From: a virus
Taxonomy: Duplodnaviria; Caudoviricetes
Virus record (IMG/VR): IMGVR_UViG_2588253903_000005
Location: 1 to 64,000 of that record
Length of the DNA: 64,000 nt
Direction: 5' to 3' (one strand)
The translations under genes and the position numbers were made by a program. Positions within the stretch are counted from its first letter, which is position 1; each line of letters starts with the position of its first letter. The notes under the pieces are model-generated. The model was not told the DNA's origin. It was given only the letters and a program-made list of their open reading frames with translations, and did no database searches. Shown here piece after piece: positions 34,919 through 45,100 of the stretch.

Positions 34919-35371
34919 ATGGAAGATAATATCAACTGGAAAAGTTACTATCAACAAGAACCGATAGAACCTGATATATATTTCAAATTTGTTTGTTTTT
35001 ATCAAGCAATGACTGAATTATACGATAGGGAATTAACGGATGAAAGAAGTCCTTACGATAAAACAGAAGCATTTATTTCAGAAAATATAAGGGGAATCTG
35101 CGAAGCGTATTCGCAAAACTTATATGATTGCATTAGAGAATACATTTGGAGAAAAACAAAAGTTCCGTTTGATATTGAGCGGTGGAGAAAAGAAACTAGA
35201 CAAAGATATTCAGCTCAAGGATGGATAGACTTGTTTGAACATTTCAGAAAAGAAAAAGATGAAATCATTTTAGATATGATTGAAAATATATGGGAATATG
35301 GAAGAATAAGAAAAGATGATGAACAAAGGAAATATATTATTATAAAAAATCCATTTCTGGAAACAAAATAA
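34919..35371 (+). CDS. Hypothetical protein
   Basis: 150 aa ORF. Confidence 0.65.
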   Translation: MEDNINWKSYYQQEPIEPDIYFKFVCFYQAMTELYDRELTDERSPYDKTEAFISENIRGICEAYSQNLYDCIREYIWRKTKVPFDIERWRKETRQRYSAQGWIDLFEHFRKEKDEIILDMIENIWEYGRIRKDDEQRKYIIIKNPFLETK

Positions 35372-35456
35372 ATATCTAAGGCATGAGAGAAGGGTTCTCG
35401 TGTGTCAGCTAAAGCGTAGCTTACTTTTATTCGAAGGGAGGTTACGCTTTTCTTTT

Positions 35457-37181
35457 ATGGCAAGTCAAGAATTACTCAAAGAAATTTCCAATGCAGAAAA
35501 ATACATAGAAAGGCATGGAGTAGATATTGACGCTGTTAATGCGTTCCATACGTATGTCTTCTGGGCAGATGAAGAAGATAAGGACATAGAAACCGCCCTA
35601 AAAATATCACCAAGGGCAAAAGAACTGATGAACCAGTATGTCATAAACGGTGCTGGCGGCGACATATGGGAACTTGAAAAATTCTGCTTTGCCAACAAGA
35701 CAGGGCATGAAATGGTGGACAAGTGGTATGAGATATTGAAGTTGGAGGCTCCATATAAGTTTGAGAGTTATCTTTTGTATCTTGAAAAGAAAAGAGAGAT
35801 AAGCGAGCGGTTCTATTCACCGAAAAGAAAACAGTTAAATAAGCATGGGCTTATACAAGCAATGCAAGATTTGGAAGATGATAAGTACGATAGAATTTGC
35901 ATATCCATGCCGCCTGGTACGCAAAAAACTACTCTCGAAAAATTTTTCTGTTCATGGATAATTGGAAAATACCCAAAGGACTACAGCCTTTTCTTTTCTC
36001 ATAACAGCGACATAACAGAGAAATATTATAAGGGCGTACTTGACATTACAACAGACAACCTTGAATATACATGGTCTGAAATTTTTCCAGACGTGAAATT
36101 ACAAAGCACAAATGCAAAGTTGCAGGAGATAAATTTTGGAAAGTACAAGCCGTATTCAAGTATTCAGTGTTCTTCTATCGGTTCTAAAAATGCCGGAAAA
36201 GTAAGGACAAACCGTTATCTATATTGTGATGACCTAATAGGAACCATTGAGGAAGCTCTAAACCCGACTATCCTTGATAAAATTTGGAGGATATATGGCG
36301 TTGACCTAAAACAAAGAAAACTTAATCAACAAGTAAAAGAAGTAATCATTATGACACGCTGGTCTACAAAAGATGTTGTCGGACGAATTATCGAACTGTA
36401 TGGAAGTAGCGATAGAACAAAGATAATTTCCGTAGAAGACATAGATCCGATTACGGGCAAAAGCAACTTTGATTATGAGTACAACGGAATGACGGTTGAG
36501 TTTTTTAACGACCAAGCCCTTACAATGGATGATATTTCTTATAGGTGTCTGTATAAGCAACAGCCTATTGAGCGTGAAGGTTTGCTGTTTCCAGAAGGAA
36601 AGGTTATGCGATATGACGATGAAGAAATTAAAAAACTTAGAGAGAAACCGCCAGAACTTATTACAGGACAGTGCGATACCAAAGGAAAAGGAACAGATTT
36701 TTTTGTTTTACCATGCTTTGAAAAGTATGGAGATTACTATTACTGTACCGATTGCGTGTGTGATAATTCCCCAGATTATGAATTGCAGTATGAAAATTCT
36801 GCAAATCTGATTGTTGACAACGAAATGCAGGATTGTGTGTTTGAGAGCAACAATGGAGGCGACAGGGTAGCAGAAGAAGTGCAAAAACGAGTGGAAGAAA
36901 AGGGATGGATATGCAATATAACATCAGTGCCAACGGAATCAAACAAAGAGGCCAGGATTTATCAGTGCTCAAATTGGATATTGCAACACGTCAAATTTAA
37001 GGACAAGTCAATGTATGCGCCAAAAAGCCAATACGGAGTGATGATGGCGCAGTTGCTTAGTTATTCTGTATCTGGGAAAAACATAAATGATGACGTTGCC
37101 GATGTATTTGCTACATTTGCATTGAGAATAAAAAAAGGAAATGGAAGAAGGAAAACAATCATAATGCCAAGCCCAATCTAA
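35457..37181 (+). CDS. terL: Terminase large subunit
   Basis: ISMPPGTQKTT Walker A, YCDD Walker B, IMTRW coupling motif, nuclease DTKGKGTD...DDVAD. Confidence 0.93.
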   Translation: MASQELLKEISNAEKYIERHGVDIDAVNAFHTYVFWADEEDKDIETALKISPRAKELMNQYVINGAGGDIWELEKFCFANKTGHEMVDKWYEILKLEAPYKFESYLLYLEKKREISERFYSPKRKQLNKHGLIQAMQDLEDDKYDRICISMPPGTQKTTLEKFFCSWIIGKYPKDYSLFFSHNSDITEKYYKGVLDITTDNLEYTWSEIFPDVKLQSTNAKLQEINFGKYKPYSSIQCSSIGSKNAGKVRTNRYLYCDDLIGTIEEALNPTILDKIWRIYGVDLKQRKLNQQVKEVIIMTRWSTKDVVGRIIELYGSSDRTKIISVEDIDPITGKSNFDYEYNGMTVEFFNDQALTMDDISYRCLYKQQPIEREGLLFPEGKVMRYDDEEIKKLREKPPELITGQCDTKGKGTDFFVLPCFEKYGDYYYCTDCVCDNSPDYELQYENSANLIVDNEMQDCVFESNNGGDRVAEEVQKRVEEKGWICNITSVPTESNKEARIYQCSNWILQHVKFKDKSMYAPKSQYGVMMAQLLSYSVSGKNINDDVADVFATFALRIKKGNGRRKTIIMPSPI

Positions 37182-37195
37182 AGGAGGTTACATAC

Positions 37196-37630
37196 ATGGT
37201 AAGCAAGGAAATTTTGATACAGTATTCAGATTTGCAGGAAGAAATAAAGGAAGTCCGACAAAGAATAGAGCAGACGGAACGACAGATTGAACGAATTGAA
37301 AGCGAAAAGACCGTATGTGACAAGGTTAGGGGAGGAGAGGGTGGCTTGCAATCATTTAAAATTGAAGGTTTCCCATATCCAGAATACAGCCGAAAAAAAA
37401 CATTGCTATATTCAAGAAAGGCAACGTTGACAAGCCTTGAAATGGAGCTTCTTGAAACACTGAACAAAGTAGAGGAATTTATTGCAAGCATTTCTGACAG
37501 CCGTATGAGAAGGATTATCAATCTGCGGTTCATTGAAAATCTTTCATGGAATAAAGTAGCTGACCGAATTGGCGGAGGGAATACCGAGGATAGTATCAGA
37601 ATGGCTTTTAACAGATTTATGGAAAAATAA
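37196..37630 (+). CDS. Late transcriptional activator (ArpU/RinA/DUF1492-like)
   Basis: Coiled coil then RIINLRFIENLSWNKVADRIGG HTH. Confidence 0.75.
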   Translation: MVSKEILIQYSDLQEEIKEVRQRIEQTERQIERIESEKTVCDKVRGGEGGLQSFKIEGFPYPEYSRKKTLLYSRKATLTSLEMELLETLNKVEEFIASISDSRMRRIINLRFIENLSWNKVADRIGGGNTEDSIRMAFNRFMEK

Positions 37631-37632
37631 AA

Positions 37633-37672
37633 CTTGTTCGATATGTTCGGGAAAAATTTTTTATAATTATAA
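37633..37672 (+). promoter_or_regulatory. Putative late promoter
   Basis: TGTTCG direct repeats followed by TATAAT boxes just after the activator gene. Confidence 0.5.
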
Positions 37673-37787
37673 TTGAGATGAAATCTCGACAGAGTTTTTC
37701 GTTGACAAAATCCCCCGAATGAAAAGGCGTTGCCGCAACGGTAGCGTCTTTTTGCATGGGAAAAATCAGATTTAAGGAGGGGATTTC

Positions 37788-38018
37788 ATGAGCCGAACCA
37801 AAAACATAATCCCCGAATTTACAAAGGACGAGCAAGACTACATAAAGGAACACGCAAACTTTATGGAAGAAGAATTGCTTTTCTTTGAATTGCGAAATAA
37901 ACAGTATACTTATGAATACTGTGCAATGGAAATGGGCATGTGCGTGTCGGCAGTTAAGAAAGTATCAAAGAAAACTATCTCTAAGATTATGAGAGTGATA
38001 CGACATATGGATATTTGA
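37788..38018 (+). CDS. Small HTH protein related to 4415-4621
   Basis: FTKDEQDYIKEHANF...CAMEMGMCVSAVKK. Confidence 0.6.
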   Translation: MSRTKNIIPEFTKDEQDYIKEHANFMEEELLFFELRNKQYTYEYCAMEMGMCVSAVKKVSKKTISKIMRVIRHMDI

Positions 38019-38042
38019 TTTGCGGAGAAAGAGAGGGTAATT

Positions 38043-38261
38043 ATGGATTTTGTAGAAGATGTAGAAAAATCTAAGAAATTAAAAGAAATATTATTTGGAA
38101 AACCAAGTGATTGCAAACATTGTTGCGGTGTAAGTGCGGGAGCTTTCGGAGTACATTATGCTTGCATGAATGAAAATCATAAAAGATATGGAATGAATCC
38201 GCCACTATGTTTAAATTGCGATGGATATGAAAAAGAAGAACGGGAGATTACCGAGCAATAA
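38043..38261 (+). CDS. Cys-rich hypothetical protein
   Basis: CKHC and CLNC motifs. Confidence 0.55.
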   Translation: MDFVEDVEKSKKLKEILFGKPSDCKHCCGVSAGAFGVHYACMNENHKRYGMNPPLCLNCDGYEKEEREITEQ

Positions 38262-38647
38262 TCGGATGTTTCTTTTATTTTGGAGGGAATTATGAAATTT
38301 TGCGTACATGATTGGAAACGGATAGAAGAACCAAAACATTCTCATTTTAGTTATGACGGATTGGAAGTATTGACGGCTATGTGCGTGTGTAAGAAATGTG
38401 GGAAGAAAAAAGTCCGAAAATTTGCCGGAAAATATGTAGGACAGTTATTCGGTTAGGTGGTGAGACATGGCAATAAAAGTGATTGAGTACGGAAAGCGTA
38501 ATGTAAAGTGCAGTTATTGTGAAAGCAAGCTGCAATATGAAAAAGAAGATGTCAAAACCATGCAGACAGGCATGAACGAATGGCAGAGTTATATTGTATG
38601 CCCTGTTTGCGAAGAAAAGATATATGTAAATAATTAGGCGGTGTGGC

Positions 38648-38848
38648 ATGAAGAAATATAAACCAGTAAAAATATTCTGCCCACAATGCAATTCTCATGT
38701 AGGAACACATGATGGGCGGTCAACTATAGACAAAATAGTAAAATGTAAAAATTGCAATAAACTTGTAATTTACAGAACGCAAACCGGAAAAGCAGAGAAT
38801 AAGCCGGTTCCAAAAAGAAGCTGTAGTTCTGGCGTGACATTCATTTAA
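38648..38848 (+). CDS. Zinc-ribbon protein
   Basis: CPQC...CKNC upstream of portal. Confidence 0.65.
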   Translation: MKKYKPVKIFCPQCNSHVGTHDGRSTIDKIVKCKNCNKLVIYRTQTGKAENKPVPKRSCSSGVTFI

Positions 38849-38861
38849 AGGCGGTGACTAA

Positions 38862-40433
38862 ATGCAAATAGGCAGATTGGAAATCTTTACAGACGAGCCG
38901 GAAATCACAGAGAAAAATGTAATAAGGGTTTTGAGGAACGCACTGCCAAAGCATTTAATCAATGCCGCACGGTGCGATTTTTTGTTGAATTATGAAGCCG
39001 GGGAACAGCCGAATACAGCAATCAAAACAACCAGAAAAGACATTCAAAGTTTCTGCCCTGATAACTTAGCGCACAAAATCACGGAATTTAAGCTCGGATT
39101 TATCTGGGGTTTCCCAATAAGCATGGTGCAGAGAGGGGAAAAAGACAGTGGAGAAAAGAAAGACGAATCCACATCTATTGCACTGCTTAACGAGCAATAC
39201 GAAATGGCAAAGGTGAGAAAAAGGACACAGGAGCTTGCAAGGTTCATTGAGATATGTGGAACAGGGTTTAGTTACATAGATATAAACACGGAATATGAAG
39301 AAGGAGATAGCTACTTCGCATTAAACATACTAGACCCAAGAACAACATTTATTGTCAAGTCAAGATATTATCCAGACCATAGACCTTTGCTTGCAGTGTC
39401 TTACCGAGAAGATGAAATGGGAAACAAATATTTTACCTGCTTCACGAAACAGCAAAGATTTGAAATCTCCGGCGCACTGAAAATAAAAAACGGGAAAATA
39501 CAAAAAGATGATAATGGAGAGCCAATCACAAATTGGTTTGAAAGGGAGCGAAGCGGGGAAAAAAACCCGCTCGGAATGCTACCGATAATTGAGTGGATTC
39601 GTTCTTATGACAGAATGGGATGTTTTGAACACCAGATACCGGCAATGAACGACCTTAATGCTTTACGCTCGAATTTTATGAACTCGATACAGCAGAACAC
39701 AAATTCTCTCTGGCATTACAACGATGTGGACTTCCCTGTAGACGAAAACGGAAACGAAATAAACCCGAAGACAGGAGAGATTGTCAGGACGTTCACCACG
39801 CAGGACGGAAAATCCCCGACAATAAACCCTCTGACACTTGATTACAACTATGATGGGCTTTTAAATAAAATAGTTTATGACAGGTCGATCATTCTGGAAG
39901 AGTGCGACGTTCCGCAAAGAAGCGAAAATGTTTCAAATTCAACCGGAATAGCAACATCGGATGCTACAGGATGGAGCGCAGCGGAAAACGCAGCGAATAA
40001 GCAGCAAAACATTACAGAAGATTGCAAAATGGAAGAAGTGAGGGTTGTTTGCAGGGCAATGCAAATTTCTCCCTACATTCCACAGGACAGCCCGATTTTA
40101 GACATAAAATATTCGGACACAAAGCCAAACATAAAAAGGCAGAAAAATTATGAACTAACGATAAAGGCAAATTACATGGCAACGTTGCTGAATTTGGGAT
40201 TTTATGGAGAACACGTTATCAAAGGAGCAAATGCGTTTGACGACCCAGAGCAGGTATGGATTGACAGCCGGGAAATGATAGAGGCTATTCAGAAAAGTAA
40301 AATCACAAAACCAACGGCTAACGAAGGAACAGAAGAAACAAGGACAACAGACGGCGGAATAGAAGCGCAAATATCTAATTCGCCAATGCTTGACGGAATG
40401 TCAAAAGAAAACCCAGAGAAAGCGGAGGGATGA
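38862..40433 (+). CDS. Portal protein (SPP1-like)
   Basis: 523 aa; DNLAHKITEFKLGF.WG, LDPRTTF; first gene of head module. Confidence 0.85.
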   Translation: MQIGRLEIFTDEPEITEKNVIRVLRNALPKHLINAARCDFLLNYEAGEQPNTAIKTTRKDIQSFCPDNLAHKITEFKLGFIWGFPISMVQRGEKDSGEKKDESTSIALLNEQYEMAKVRKRTQELARFIEICGTGFSYIDINTEYEEGDSYFALNILDPRTTFIVKSRYYPDHRPLLAVSYREDEMGNKYFTCFTKQQRFEISGALKIKNGKIQKDDNGEPITNWFERERSGEKNPLGMLPIIEWIRSYDRMGCFEHQIPAMNDLNALRSNFMNSIQQNTNSLWHYNDVDFPVDENGNEINPKTGEIVRTFTTQDGKSPTINPLTLDYNYDGLLNKIVYDRSIILEECDVPQRSENVSNSTGIATSDATGWSAAENAANKQQNITEDCKMEEVRVVCRAMQISPYIPQDSPILDIKYSDTKPNIKRQKNYELTIKANYMATLLNLGFYGEHVIKGANAFDDPEQVWIDSREMIEAIQKSKITKPTANEGTEETRTTDGGIEAQISNSPMLDGMSKENPEKAEG

Positions 40434-40439
40434 TAAGAT

Positions 40440-41063
40440 GTGAGAGAAATTGACGAGTTAAACGACTTTTCAGAAGATGAAATATTAGACATAGATGCCT
40501 ATTTTGATGAAATGGAACTTTCAGAAGAGGGAAAGGAAGAAAGAAAGAAATTCGCAAAGGATATGAAAGAAATCATTCTTTTTCTTTTCTCTCTTTTTCT
40601 TGTGATGAAAGAAAAAAGTTATATGGATAAGCGGTTTATCGTATCGCAGATACAGTCAAGATATTCAGACTTGGTTGTTGAATATATGAAAATCGACAAA
40701 TACATTGAAGAACACATAAAGGAATTTTCAGAAGAAACAGTTGATACTACGCTAAAACACATTGACGAAGAATTTTATCTTTCGGAAGACAGAGGCGTAC
40801 TTATATCTGTCAACGAAGCAAACAGTACGCTAAATTACAAAGATTTTGCAAATGCGATAGCAGACGGAAAAACAGAAAAACAATGGATAACAGAAAAAGA
40901 CCAAAAGGTAAGGAAAACACACAAAAGGTTAGACAGTATGATAATTCCAATAGAAGATACGTTCGTTGTTGGAAATACGCTCATGCGATTCCCGCATGAC
41001 ACTTTTTATGGAATTGATTACAAGGAACTTTCGAATTGCCGCTGTACAGTGCGGTACATTTAA
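40440..41063 (+). CDS. Head morphogenesis (Mu F/gp7-like) protein
   Basis: KQWITEKDQKVRKTH...FPHD...NCRC. Confidence 0.85.
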   Translation: MREIDELNDFSEDEILDIDAYFDEMELSEEGKEERKKFAKDMKEIILFLFSLFLVMKEKSYMDKRFIVSQIQSRYSDLVVEYMKIDKYIEEHIKEFSEETVDTTLKHIDEEFYLSEDRGVLISVNEANSTLNYKDFANAIADGKTEKQWITEKDQKVRKTHKRLDSMIIPIEDTFVVGNTLMRFPHDTFYGIDYKELSNCRCTVRYI

Positions 41064-41227
41064 AACTAAATATTTTCAGCAATTAAGCACATGGAGAAAT
41101 CCGTGTGCTTTTATTTTGCGCTAGGGACAGCGCAATACAAGTTTCGCAAAACGATAGGGAAATCGAAAATCGCAAACCCAAAAATATTGTGAGGGAACAC
41201 ATTAAAACGCAGAAAGAGGTAAGAAGA

Positions 41228-41923
41228 ATGAGCAAAGAAAGCAGAAAAATCCCAATGAACCTACAGTTTTTTGCAGAGCCGGGAGAGCAAGACGGACAGC
41301 AGACACCGCCAGCAGATGACGGAAAAGAGCAAGACGGACAGCAGACACCGCCAACAGATGACGGAAAAGAGCAAGACGGCCAGCAGACACCGCCAGCAGA
41401 TGACGGAAAAGAGCCTACTGTTCAGGAACTTATGGTAGAACTCGCCAAGGTGAAAAAGGCACAGGAGCGCGCCGCAAGCGAGGCGGCAGAGTACAAGAAA
41501 AAGTACAACGCAAAGCTGTCTGAAAAAGAAAGGGTAGACGCAGAAAAGGCAGAGCGAGAAGCGGAAAGGGAAGAACAATTCCAGCAGCTTTTGAGGGAAA
41601 ACAAAATCAACAAACTGGAAAAGTATTACCTTGGCGAGCTTAAATACACGCCGGACGAAGCAAGCCAGATGGCGATCGCAGAGGTTGACGACGATTTTGA
41701 TGCAAAATTGAAAATCCAGCTTGCCGTAGACAAGAGGAAAAAGAAAGAGTATGAAGCGGAATTTATTAAATCAAGACCGCAGATGAATGCCGGAACGGGT
41801 GACGGAAAGGTTGTTACATTAGAACAGTTTACAAAGATGGGGGTAGCGGACAGGGTTAAACTCAAACGCTCCGACCCAGACGGATATGAAAGATTAAGGA
41901 AAGCAGAACAAGGAGGAAAATAA
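41228..41923 (+). CDS. Capsid scaffolding protein
   Basis: MNLQFFAE motif, coiled coil, position before capsid. Confidence 0.85.
   Translation: MSKESRKIPMNLQFFAEPGEQDGQQTPPADDGKEQDGQQTPPTDDGKEQDGQQTPPADDGKEPTVQELMVELAKVKKAQERAASEAAEYKKKYNAKLSEKERVDAEKAEREAEREEQFQQLLRENKINKLEKYYLGELKYTPDEASQMAIAEVDDDFDAKLKIQLAVDKRKKKEYEAEFIKSRPQMNAGTGDGKVVTLEQFTKMGVADRVKLKRSDPDGYERLRKAEQGGK
41285..41410 (+). repeat. Three 42-bp in-frame tandem repeats (EQDGQQTPP[A/T]DDGK)
   Basis: Direct reading of the sequence. Confidence 0.95.
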
Positions 41924-41926
41924 AGT

Positions 41927-42760
41927 ATGGCATTACCAGCAGGAGTTACAGGAATCGCAGATTTGTTCGACCCAGAGGTGGTCGGAGACCTTATTAACAA
42001 AAAGCTGATTGACGCAATTAGGTTTACGCCGCTTGCACTTGTAGATGATACGCTTGAAGGGCAGCCAGGGAGCAAGGTGAAACTTCCGTCATTTAATTAT
42101 GTAGGAAGCGCAGAGAAGGTAGCAGAAGATGAAGACCTGCCAATCAAGAAATTAACGCAGACCGAAGAAGAAGTTGAAATCATGGAGTATGGTCTTGGAA
42201 TTGAGATTACAGACAGAGGGGCTGTTATGGGATTTGGAGATCCTCTTGATGAAGCTGCAAGGCAGATTACGATTGCTGTTGCAGACGGGGTAGAGAGCAG
42301 TTTGATTGATGCAGCAAGCACAACAGCTTCTTTGGTCGGAACATCTACAGCTACAAAGGTTACAGACAGGATTGCAGAGGATTTGGAACTTTTCGGAGAG
42401 GAGATTGACGGAGAAAAAGTTCTTGTGGTTCCACCAAAAGTGCATACAGCATTAAGGAAATCATCTGACTGGATTCCAAATACGCAGATGGGTGCAGACA
42501 TCATTGTAAAGGGAACGGTTGGCATGATTTACGGCTGCCAGATTGTCACGTCCAACAGGCTGAAAACAAAGAATGAGGGATTTATCATCAAACCAGGCGC
42601 ACTGGCTATCATTTCAAAGAGAAATACGCTTGTAGAGTTTGACAGGGATATTCTTGGAAGAAAAACCCTGATTACAGGCTCCAAAATGTTTGCTCCGTAT
42701 GTTTACGACAAGAGCAAGTTAATCAAGATTAGCTTCGGTGGGGGAAACACCGGAGCATAA
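41927..42760 (+). CDS. Major capsid protein (N4-gp56-like, HK97 fold)
   Basis: LFDPEV...DDTLEGQPGSKVKLP, GTVGMIYGCQIV. Confidence 0.9.
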   Translation: MALPAGVTGIADLFDPEVVGDLINKKLIDAIRFTPLALVDDTLEGQPGSKVKLPSFNYVGSAEKVAEDEDLPIKKLTQTEEEVEIMEYGLGIEITDRGAVMGFGDPLDEAARQITIAVADGVESSLIDAASTTASLVGTSTATKVTDRIAEDLELFGEEIDGEKVLVVPPKVHTALRKSSDWIPNTQMGADIIVKGTVGMIYGCQIVTSNRLKTKNEGFIIKPGALAIISKRNTLVEFDRDILGRKTLITGSKMFAPYVYDKSKLIKISFGGGNTGA

Positions 42761-42772
42761 GGAGGAAACGTT

Positions 42773-43024
42773 ATGGGAATGATTTACCACAAAAAAAGAA
42801 TGTGGTCTAAGCTGAAAGAAAAGGAAGGGGAAACTCTTCCTTTTTCTGATTCTGATATTGAATTTGAAGAAAGGCCAGAGGAGCAGCAATATACCAAGAC
42901 CGACATTCAGCGCATGAGTAAAGATGACCTTGTTTCACTTGCGTCAGAAGTCGGAATTGAGGGAGCAGGAGAAATGAATGGAGCAGACCTTAAAAGGGAA
43001 CTGATAGAACATTTTGAACTTTAG
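42773..43024 (+). CDS. Small HeH/Rho-N-like protein
   Basis: RMSKDDLVSLASEVGIE...LKRELI. Confidence 0.7.
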   Translation: MGMIYHKKRMWSKLKEKEGETLPFSDSDIEFEERPEEQQYTKTDIQRMSKDDLVSLASEVGIEGAGEMNGADLKRELIEHFEL

Positions 43025-43027
43025 GAG

Positions 43028-43372
43028 GTGGGCGGTATGCTGACCTTAGAATATGAGCTATTGGAAGATTTGAAAGAGGAATTATCCGCAACAGACCCCA
43101 AGTTTAAGCCTGAACTTATAAAGCTAAAAATCAAAAATGCAATAAGGGAAGTGAAACGGGCAAGGAACTACCCGAAACACTATACAGAAAGCGCAATCGT
43201 GGAAGATTTGGAAAACTACTATTCCAACATCCGAAACATTGCGCTTTTTGATTACAACATGATAGGTGCAGAGGGGCAGTCGTCATCATCCGAAAATGGA
43301 ACATCGAGGAATTTCATAGACCGGGATAAGCTGTTTAGCGGCATTATACCGTTGTCAAGGACAGGGAGGTAA
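43028..43372 (+). CDS. Head-tail connector
   Basis: GAEGQSSSSENGTSRNF; position after capsid. Confidence 0.75.
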   Translation: MGGMLTLEYELLEDLKEELSATDPKFKPELIKLKIKNAIREVKRARNYPKHYTESAIVEDLENYYSNIRNIALFDYNMIGAEGQSSSSENGTSRNFIDRDKLFSGIIPLSRTGR

Positions 43373-43376
43373 TAAA

Positions 43377-44210
43377 TTGAAATATCTTGAATTTGATATA
43401 AAAAATATGGCAATCAGCCGAACAGCAGGAGATAAAACCGCGCTTATCAGCGGCGCAGTTAATTATTTTGGACTGCACTTTAATTTTGGTGATGAATTTG
43501 CAGAAATCCCAGGCACAAAATCGGTTGAGTTTTACAAAAACCGCAACAAAATCAGGGTTGACCTTGTTGACAATCAGTGCGCCGTTCCTAATGAATTGCT
43601 GACTGATAACAAAAATTTTGAAATGCGAGTTATCAGTGGAAATACAATCGGCACAACATGGACAAGCGTAGGTATCACAGAAAGTGGAATCGTCATGCCA
43701 GAAGAACCAGAAGAAGAAGCACCGTCTGGCATGGAATATGTAAAAACCGCAAGCGGCGAAAATGCCGCTCCATATCTTCGAGCGAGCACAAACGGTCTTG
43801 AATATTCTCAAAATGGTGAAGACTGGAATAGCGGCGTATCAGGCGTACCAGAAGTGCCGTCAAGACCAAAAGGTTCAGTATACCTTCGCAAAAATGGGGA
43901 CTGGGTAAATGCAGAAGAATATCTTGCGGAAAACGGCGGAGAAACAAATGTCATTAACGAAGTACAGGTTGACGGAACTGCACTGCCAGTCACGGACAAA
44001 TCAGTAAACATTGACCTGTCTGCATATGCAAAAACAGCCGACCTTGCAAGCGAATATGCCACAAAAACGGAGGTTGCGGCATTGCAGACCTTGACAGGCA
44101 CAGCGGAAACGGTAACAGATGTTGATTACAGCACAACGGATATATCTGATGTTATAACATCATACAACGCATTACTTTCTGCATTACGTGCAAGAGGGGT
44201 AATTGCATAA
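43377..44210 (+). CDS. Structural/fibre protein with BppU-like N-terminus
   Basis: GAVNYFGLHFNF N-terminus; YNALLSALRARGVIA head-fibre-like end. Confidence 0.55.
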   Translation: MKYLEFDIKNMAISRTAGDKTALISGAVNYFGLHFNFGDEFAEIPGTKSVEFYKNRNKIRVDLVDNQCAVPNELLTDNKNFEMRVISGNTIGTTWTSVGITESGIVMPEEPEEEAPSGMEYVKTASGENAAPYLRASTNGLEYSQNGEDWNSGVSGVPEVPSRPKGSVYLRKNGDWVNAEEYLAENGGETNVINEVQVDGTALPVTDKSVNIDLSAYAKTADLASEYATKTEVAALQTLTGTAETVTDVDYSTTDISDVITSYNALLSALRARGVIA

Positions 44211-44343
44211 CAAGCGATTTTGGAAGATTGCGCGTGGCTTTAACCGTGTGTATTTCCATACGGTTAGGGTTGCAGGGCATCCGCCATCAGGTGGTGGAGG
44301 GCAGGCGGATTAAAATTCTATTTGCGGAAAGGATTGAGCAAAT

Positions 44344-44682
44344 ATGACAGCAACAACAGTAAGTGTTATTGCGGCGGTTATAAGCGCATTATCGCTTTTA
44401 TCAATGATTTACTTTAACTTTAAGAGCGGAAAGCGAACAGAAACGAAAGACACAGAGGAATACACAAAAGAACGAATTGAGGAAATCAAGGAACGCACTA
44501 AAGAAAACGCAATGATAAGCGGAAAACTTGACCTCATCAATTTGAGCAATCAGGAGATTAAGGAGCAGATTTCTTCTCTTGTAAAAAAAGTTGATGCTCA
44601 CGGAGACAGGCTAACCAAGGTAGAGGAAAGCCTTGTTACAGCATGGAAGCGGATTGATGAAATTATTGAAAAGATTGAATAA
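44344..44682 (+). CDS. Membrane-anchored coiled-coil lysis-associated protein (XhlA-like)
   Basis: N-terminal TM then coiled coil; precedes holin. Confidence 0.6.
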   Translation: MTATTVSVIAAVISALSLLSMIYFNFKSGKRTETKDTEEYTKERIEEIKERTKENAMISGKLDLINLSNQEIKEQISSLVKKVDAHGDRLTKVEESLVTAWKRIDEIIEKIE

Positions 44683-44697
44683 GGAGGACGACGAATA

Positions 44698-44901
44698 ATG
44701 AGTGACAAAACAAAGAGGTGGATTAAGGCAGCAGGAATCCGGGCCGGAAAAACTGCGGCACAGGTAGCCTTGTCAATGCTGACGGTAGGGCAGGCGGTTA
44801 TGGATGTGAACTGGATAAATGTATTATCAGTATCAGCAGTGGCAGCGGTTATTTCTATCCTGACAAGCATTGCAGGGTTGCCAGAGGTTAAGGAGGACTG
44901 A
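44698..44901 (+). CDS. Holin (r1t type)
   Basis: AAGIRAGKTAAQVA...VNW...ILTSIAGLPEV. Confidence 0.9.
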   Translation: MSDKTKRWIKAAGIRAGKTAAQVALSMLTVGQAVMDVNWINVLSVSAVAAVISILTSIAGLPEVKED

Positions 44902-45100
44902 CGATGATTGAAATAATCACAAAAGGCGGAAGAATCTTTACATACGATAAAAATGAATATGAGTGTCAGTACGACAAGAAGGCTGTCTTGATATTCAAAA
45001 ACGGAGAAATTGTTGCCCTTTACAATTTAGACGTTGTGGCAACGCTTTCTGTTAAATAGGGGGCGATTTTATAAGAACCCTCCTAAAAAACAAGCAATCC

